From Amoebidium appalachense (Eukaryota; Protista; Ichthyosporea): 64,000 bases of DNA. The translations under genes were made by a program, and so were the position numbers. Position 1 is the first letter of the stretch. Each line of letters opens with the position of its first letter. Positions 32,757-64,000 of the stretch are shown here, piece by piece. The stretch is from NCBI GenBank assembly GCA_963693365.1, contig CAVNZM010000009.1, forward strand, positions 5,028,245-5,092,244. The letters run 5' to 3'. The notes under the pieces are model-generated. The model saw only the letters and a program-made list of their open reading frames with translations. It was not told the DNA's origin and searched no databases.

Positions 32757-33400
32757 TGCGTGTGTACTTGTATGGGCATGTGCGTGGACAGAGGGGGGGA
32801 GGGGGGAGGGGGGGATGGTGTGGGATGAACTGTTCTGAGATGCATGCACATGGTGAGTGCCTTGTATGGGCTGGGGGATAGGCACCAAAAAAGAGCACAG
32901 GGTAACAGAAAACGACGGACAGAGAACCAAAAGCTCAGAAACGAGACGCACTGAGAGAAGCATACAGAAACAGAGAACGCGAACTCAAGGGGCATTTCGA
33001 AGGGAGAGGCAAGGAGTTGAGAAAAGCTAGGCGGGAGAAGAGGGGGGGAACGGAAAATAAACTCACCAGCCCTCCTTCGAACGCTGCTTCGTAGCAGCAT
33101 GTTGGGCTGCAGTGGCGAGCAGCAAACAAGGTGTCCGTAGACGGTTCAGGCTCGCCGTCGAAATGGCAGGAATGCTAAATATGAGAGCAGCACGACGTTA
33201 CTTGTACCAAAATACACACGACGTTTTCTTGTGCCGAAAAACACACGCACACAGCTCACGCACGCACAACATACACGCACGTTTCTGAAGCTGAATAGTG
33301 CAAAAAGAGTATGAAGATTAAGGTGCTCCTTCAGCGCGTAAACCCCAATTGAAAGCAAACCCCTTTGCAGTGCTGGCAGTGTGACAGTGTGTGCGTGTGG
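25688..33400. repeat. Tandem segmental duplication, copy B (~7.7 kb, contains the frameshifted F-box/LRR copy)
   Basis: See copy A. Same orientation and the same order of unique blocks; microsatellite and homopolymer content differs between copies. Confidence 0.85.
28231..33100 (-). pseudogene. F-box/LRR paralog with two frameshifting deletions (probable pseudogene)
   Basis: Exon 1 33100-33067 (MLLRSSVRRRA G|gtgagt), exon 2 31424-29582 (LLALPPELVAHIIRYLPLDDRKTFSLVCRRF), exon 3 28234-28231. Relative to copy A there is a 7-nt deletion at ~31236 (GATCAGTTGTTTAGA to GATTTAGA) and a 5-nt deletion at ~30820. These split the CDS into ORFs 31090-31410, 30599-31201 and 29548-30861. Confidence 0.85.
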
Positions 33401-33458
33401 GCCGGGACCGGCAGGGGTGACCATCTCTAAGTCAAAGAGTCACAAAGCGTCCGATCGT

Positions 33459-33497
33459 GTTTTGGCGCCAAAACTATGGCCATGATGGCGCCAAAAA
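33459..33497. promoter_or_regulatory. Paired E2F-type sites in the divergent F-box/SMC1 promoter
   Basis: Perfect 16-bp palindrome GTTTTGGCGCCAAAAC (33459-33474) and a second TGGCGCCAAAAA (33486-33497). Both match the E2F consensus TTTSSCGC and lie ~430-460 bp upstream of the SMC1 ATG. Confidence 0.6.
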
Positions 33498-33919
33498 TGC
33501 GGCCACAAAGGCATGTTTAAAAATGGCCCTTAACATTTTAAATAATCATTATTCTAACTATAAAATTTTCTAAATTTTTCTTTAGCATTATTTTGAACAC
33601 ACGTCATGAGCGCATTTTGGTCCTTTTACGATAACGGCGAAGTGAGACTTGCCCTCTTCTCGGAGTCGTCTGCGAAGTTTATGCGTGCACGAATTCACCC
33701 GACGACAAACGCAAGAAAAGAAATAAGAAGAAACAGTTATTGGAAAGTAGAGCGAACCCACTATTTAGAATATCATTTAGTTTGGAGTGCAGTTGCGGCA
33801 CCGGCGGATAGGATCACAACAAAAGCAAGTAGGGTTTGGATGGTGGGAGTCGGTCGTTTATATACTATTATTCCAACTGTAGCCTTGTAGTTTGTTTGGC
33901 AGGCCATAAATCCAGCAAG

Positions 33920-58090
<24,171 letters not shown>

Positions 58091-58112
58091 TCACCTCCCG
58101 AAAACACACACA

Positions 58113-58173
<61 letters not shown>

Positions 58174-58212
58174 GCGCGCGCACACCCTTCTTTCTCGGCA
58201 CACACACACACA

Positions 58213-58243
<31 letters not shown>

Positions 58244-59002
58244 ATACACACACACACACACACATCACACGCACACACACACACACCCTCTCTCTCCCTT
58301 TCAGCAAACCACGTGTCTGTGAGCATGTGCAAACAAAGCAAGACATGTCTCGGCACCCAAAGCACACACACCCATAGATTTAGGGGAAAGGTCTCGTTGA
58401 AAGTATCCCTGCACCAATTAGAAAATATGTAGATAATATCAAAATGTATTCGCTCGAGTGACAATAGTATTTAGAAAGATACGTATGAACTGACGCAAGC
58501 AAACACTACGAGATACCAAGCGGGTTGATATAAAACCCACACAAAAGGAAATACTTCAGGTTTACTGTGTTTCACCTTTGCTTAGGTAGGTGTGTGCCCC
58601 GGTATATAGGTTGTTGGGTTGTGTGGTTGTGATAGTAAACCCATTGAAAGGTTTCATAAGAGTGATCAGCTGGGCAAGTATCGTTTTCTATTTAATGTAT
58701 TCCAGATTACATGTATCAGTTCAGGGTATTACTGACTGAGTTCAACTGGAGTTATGTACATGCTACCCGAGGAAACCGCTTTTTGTATCCTTGTATTCCT
58801 TTGCACGCCTGCGTTATCCAATATTATATCCAGACAATAAAATGAGTTCATTTTACCTGTGCATGTGTGCTCTCGAGACACATATCCCGAATAAATATTT
58901 GATCTTATTCCGCAGTGAATTGAAGGCCTGCGTGAGATACCATGTGCACATTGGCCCCCCCCCCCCCCCCCCCCCCCCTTTCTCCCCGAACCACCACCAT
59001 CG

Positions 59003-59050
<48 letters not shown>

Positions 59051-59093
59051 GTGCCACACACACATCGCGTGTGGAGTCATACACACACGCAAC

Positions 59094-59125
<32 letters not shown>

Positions 59126-59135
59126 AAAGGTGGGG

Positions 59136-59218
<83 letters not shown>

Positions 59219-59835
59219 AGGAAGAGAGGAACCAGGTGCGGCAAAAATTGTGAAAGAGAAAAAAGCCACCACCACTATTGCTGCCGCCGCCACCACACGC
59301 ACACACACAAGCTCAACACGCAACACACCGCTAATCAACGTGTACAAGTGTTCTCGACCTCCTCTTAGCTATAGCCTCCTACCAGGAATGATAGTTATAA
59401 CTTCACGGTGAGCATGCTTGTCACATGTACTATTGGCTGTATGACTGTATGAGTATATGACCGGCCGTATGGTAGCCACACGTAACTGTTGCTCGATCGA
59501 GTTGATCGGTCTACCACATGCATTATGTATCTGCGTTTGACGGACATATGTATGACAGCCTGTAACCGTGGATAACTTAAAAGCTTAGTCAGGTCTCCTG
59601 GCCCCGATCCGCGAGGTGCCCACCGAGAGACGGCAGTGCAAAACGGGGTGCACAAGGAAGATTTAGTCAAAACCAAAGATACTATACTAAGATTATATAT
59701 TTGCATACACTGCATGCCGTGATGGGTGGGTCGAAAGTTGGCTATGGTGCTCGTAATATGCTGAAACTCCAATATAGAATTAACAGCATTGCAGGCCAAT
59801 TCACTGTTAGGAGACTTCTTGCACCCAGGGAAGAA

Positions 59836-59873
<38 letters not shown>

Positions 59874-59940
59874 TGGCTCTCAGGAGGGAAGCTTAGAGTA
59901 GAAGAGGGGAGGAGGAGGGGGGAGGGGGGAGGGAGGGGGG

Positions 59941-60458
59941 AGGCTTTCAGCGTTAGTCTTGAAGTTACCATTCTCTAACCACAATGGGGCCAGAGAAACT
60001 CCAGACAACAACGGTTCTCTACACCGCTTTCCAAAATCTGTGCACATCTGACTGCGTCTGGCAAACATATGAGGCCCGGCCAAGTGGGCTGGTCACCCAA
60101 ATAAAAAAAAAAGACTTTGGGGCTTTCAAATATAGATCTTGTGATTTCACTATTTGATGGTGGGAAAAAGACGCAAGTGTTGACGCGATACCGGGCCTTG
60201 AGTCGCGTTGTGTATGTGCGGGTCACGTTGTTTGTGTCCTTGTGTGGCGTTGTTTGGGGGTGAAGATTGTTTTTTTGGTTTTTTTGGTTTTTTTTCTGGG
60301 GGTGGGTGTGTGTGTGGGGGGAGGGGGGGGGGGGGGGGGGGGGGTTTCGTGTGGAAGGGCCTCAGTTCGATTCCCCTATCAAATTGGTGAAATATATTTC
60401 CCTTGGGGAAAATACAGCAACCTCCTTGGACGAGGTGGGGAGGGGGAGGGGAGGGGAA

Positions 60459-60497
<39 letters not shown>

Positions 60498-60565
60498 GCG
60501 CAAGCTGATGGGGCTCGAAGGGGGGTCTGCAGCTGCCATCATAATCTGCCGGGCTAAATAATAGT
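59941..60565. repeat. Unknown dispersed repeat, copy 1 of 3
   Basis: Blocks GCTTTCAGC, TATGAGG.CCGGC...GGGCTGGTCACCCA, TGTGATTTCACT, GTGGGA.AA.GAC.CAAGTGTTGA, GCGTTGTGTATGTG, GCAAGCTGAT and TCTGCAGCTGCCATC are shared with 63212-63815 and partly with 61767-62020. Confidence 0.75.
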
Positions 60566-61066
60566 ATGGTGAATTTAAATGACACAATGACCATACGGAG
60601 ACTCGGGGAGAGCCCACACCACACGGTTTGCAGTTCTTCACTTGAATCATTGGGTCGCTGCTACATAGCGAGCAGAATAATAATTCTGCTTTCTGCATAA
60701 CAATTCTGCTTTTTGCAGAATAGCAGTGCTGTAAATATGCAGACTACATATTTTTGCAATAAGTCTGTCTTTTACAAAGTTCTGTAGTTCTGCTCAGAGC
60801 GATGTGTGGCCCAACGATTGGGGCTGTCATCAAAACTTGAAGCTGTCTGCCACAGGCTCTGAGCTTTCTCTTAGTAGAACTACGTATGTATCCCCTCTTC
60901 TCTCCGTACAGCTTGTACCACCGTGCAATTGAGCAAGTATGTAGGGGCCAGATCTAGTGGAAGATTTTCGTCGGGACATATTGTACTAATATACACGTGC
61001 ATAAGTAAATTACCTCAGTTGTAGCTTGCAATCACCACCACCATCGCACACAAAAGTATAAATACA

Positions 61067-61122
<56 letters not shown>

Positions 61123-61766
61123 CACACGCACGCACGCACGCACACACACACACGCTCGTGCGCACACTGACAAAGCCTTGAGCACGAACAAAAAAAACAA
61201 AAAAAACCATTACCATTTATGCCTCCGCCGCACGCCACACACACACCAAGTCTTAGACATGCACACAATGCACCTCTATTCAACTTGCATAAACCTGCCT
61301 CCTCTAAAGTTCCTGAGCAGGGTTATTAAATTATTTAAGTACCACGGTGGGTCAATATGTATGTATAACATACCATAATGTATAACTGGCTGTATATTAG
61401 CAATGGCTCAAGTTGATCGTTCTGCCATGTCTACCCAACAGCATGCACAGTGTGTTACCGTAGGTACAAGAATTAGGTTTTCTGGGCGGTGTACCCACCC
61501 ACCCAGAGGCGGTGCCGCACTGTGCTAATTGGGCTCACAAAAAAGATTAGTTAGGCTAGAAAACAAACAATGTAACTTATGATAACAAGGTAGTGGTGGG
61601 TGGTGGTTCGAATGCTTGCTATGATGCTTGTAAAACCGTTGAAACCAGCCATGATGGAACAACGTACATATACGTAATTACGTTATTTAGCAGCAATTTA
61701 CTTGCTTACCTGAGCATCTCCCGCTGGAGGGGAAGGTGGGGGGGGGGGGGGGGGGGGGGGGGGCTT

Positions 61767-62020
61767 AGCTTTCAGCATCATTCATGAAGCTACATTTGCT
61801 CGGCGACTGGCAGGCATTTCTGCCAGGTTGCATGCACATTTTTTGACTGCAACTGGCATTATGAGGTCCGGCTGAAGCGGGCTGGTCACCCAGGGGACAT
61901 GAACTTGTGGGTTTCTTATGTTTGGTATATTTGCAACTGTTTAATTGTGGGAAAAGCTAAAGGGACACGAGTATGTTGAAGGGATCCCGTGCCACAGGTT
62001 CTGCATTAAGTTGATACGTG
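61767..62020. repeat. Unknown dispersed repeat, copy 2 of 3 (shorter, more diverged)
   Basis: AGCTTTCAGC...TGCACAT..TGACTGC..CTGGCA.TATGAGGTCCGGC...GGGCTGGTCACCCAGGG...ATTGTGGGAAAAG. Confidence 0.65.
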
Positions 62021-62242
62021 GTGGCGGCGGCGGGCCACTTTGTCGTCATAAGACCCCCCCCCCCCCAACCCCGTCATAAGCCCCCCCCCCCCCCCCCCCC
62101 CCCCCACCACCACCACCACCACCACCACCACCACCACCACCACCCCCGGAAAAAAAAGAAAAAAAAAAAAAAAAAAAAAAAGCCGAGGCTAGCATGCAAG
62201 TACAGTATCATTGCAATGCTCTCTATGACAGAAAATCCCCCC

Positions 62243-62273
<31 letters not shown>

Positions 62274-62385
62274 GAAAAAAAGAAAAAAGAAAAAGAAAAA
62301 AAACCCCCCCAAACCACCACGTCCAACCAACACCACCACCCATGGCATTCCAAGTCGTTTCACCATCTTCCTGTTTCTTTGGTGT

Positions 62386-62458
<73 letters not shown>

Positions 62459-63036
62459 TGTGTGTGTGTGTGCGCGTATGTGTGTGCGTGTGTGTGTCTG
62501 TCTGTGTGTGTTTGTGTGTGTGCGTGCGTGTGTGTGGATATCTACACTTTAAGTTATGCATGTGTTCCACAACCTGGGTGTTGTGGGCGCTCTTCTTGTG
62601 TTTATTGCTGTTTTTGTTTGGGTGGTGTGGTGTGTGTGTGTGTGTACGTATGGGCATGTGTTGCGTGTGTCCTTGTGTTGGTGTCTGCATATTTTGGGTT
62701 TTAAGGGATTAGGGCCTTGGGGGATTTGGTTTTTTTTGTTGGTTTTTTTGGTGTTGGGGAAGGGGGGGGGGGGGGGGGGAGGGGACAGGGGGAAGGGGGG
62801 AAGGGGAGGGGGGGAGGGGGGGGGGGGGGGAGGGGAGGGGACAGGGGGAAGTGGGGAAGGGGAGGGGGGGAGGGGGGGGGGGGGGGGGGGGGAGCATGTG
62901 GAAGCTTCTCAGTTTGGGCCCAGAAAATATCGACGAATCGATCTCCATTGGGAATAATAACCTCCTCTGACGGGAGGGAGGGAGGGGGAGGAGGGGGAGG
63001 AGGGGGGGCAGGGCTCATTTTTTCTTTTTTTTTTTT

Positions 63037-63091
<55 letters not shown>

Positions 63092-63211
63092 GGGGCAGGG
63101 CTCATTTGGTGGTGGTGGTGGTGGGGGGGGGGGGGGGGGGGGCAGGGGAGACCAGGGGGCGAGGGGGGGGGGGGGGGGGGGGGAGGGGTGGGGGGGGGAT
63201 CCGGAGGGTAG

Positions 63212-63659
63212 AGCTTTCAGCGTTAAATGATTCTTGGGGCAACCATGCTCAGTCCACACTGCGGCCGTGGCCAGAGGAACACTGCAACATGGTCGCCACA
63301 ATGATGCGCAATCATATGCCGCCCAGTTGAAATGGGGATGGTCACTCCAGGGAACATAAACTTTAGGGTTTCCTATAAATGGGGCTGTGATTTCACTGGT
63401 GATTGTGGGACAAGGACACAAGTGTTGATGAGACACCGGGCCAAAGGTTGCGTTGTGTATGTGTGGGTATGCATGTTGTGTGTGTCCTTGTCGTGGTTAA
63501 ATGCATAGCATATTGGGGGTGGAAATTGCTTTTGTTTGTTTGTTTGTTTGTTTGTTTGTTTGTTTTTGTTTGTTTGTTTGTTTGTTTGTTTGTTTGTCTG
63601 TTTGTTTGTTTGTTTGTTTGTCTGTTTGTTTGTTTTTTTGGGAGGGAGAGGAAGTAGGG

Positions 63660-63700
<41 letters not shown>

Positions 63701-63815
63701 AGCTGATAGGGGTTGAAGGGGCTTTTTACGTAATCATCAACAACGGCACGGTATTTTGTGGTGACCATTCTCTGCAGCTGCCATCCTTATTTATCTGCGA
63801 GGCTATATGCTATAG
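63212..63815. repeat. Unknown dispersed repeat, copy 3 of 3, interrupted by (GTTT)n
   Basis: Collinear with 59941-60565; (GTTT)n at about 63533-63632. Confidence 0.75.
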
Positions 63816-64000
63816 ATAGATATAGATATGTATACCATCTACTTGAGGGAGGGGGAGGGGGGGGGAGAGGGGTAGATTGCAACCATTCCATTGCGGTGAA
63901 ATGAGGGGGTCTGACTCGGGACAGGTTGGGGTAGGTATGTAGGGATAAGAGCGGAAAGAGGACAATAGATTCAATGTCGGGAGAAGTCGGGTCTGGGTTG

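Noticed and set aside
33606-33890. 94-aa ORF upstream of SMC1
   Set aside because: No recognisable homology; the region looks like the SMC1 promoter/5' UTR with a probable UTR intron ending ttggcag at 33902.
60671-60725. Clustered GCAGAA/TTCTGC mini-palindromes as transposon ends
   Set aside because: Stems are only 6-7 bp and no matching second end or target-site duplication was found.

Overview
Eukaryotic, very intron-dense genomic DNA. The lineage is not determinable here; the proteins look opisthokont-like and may come from a unicellular holozoan. Introns and intergenic DNA are packed with poly-G/poly-C tracts and (CA)n/(GT)n/(GA)n microsatellites, so almost all ORFs in the supplied track are low-complexity artefacts. 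Manual exon stitching gives: (1) the 3' 16 exons of CDC23/APC8 (+, 1..12970); (2) a small minus-strand gene (14824..15114) resembling complex I subunit NDUFA7/NUZM; (3) a ~7.8 kb tandem duplication carrying two F-box/LRR genes on the minus strand, one intact (~630 aa) and one with two frameshifts; (4) a complete 35-exon SMC1 cohesin gene (+, 33920..58090, ~1228 aa) with E2F-type palindromes upstream and a tRNA-Gly(GCC) nested in intron 23; (5) a TA-flanked MITE, an intronic pre-miRNA-sized hairpin, several intronic tandem arrays abutting splice sites, and three diverged copies of an unknown repeat after 59.9 kb. The most unusual signal is the splicing architecture: weak donors followed by homopolymer tracts, and acceptors with (CA)n, G-rich or A-rich tracts instead of polypyrimidine. 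No CRISPR array, and no clearly new multi-gene system, can be supported.
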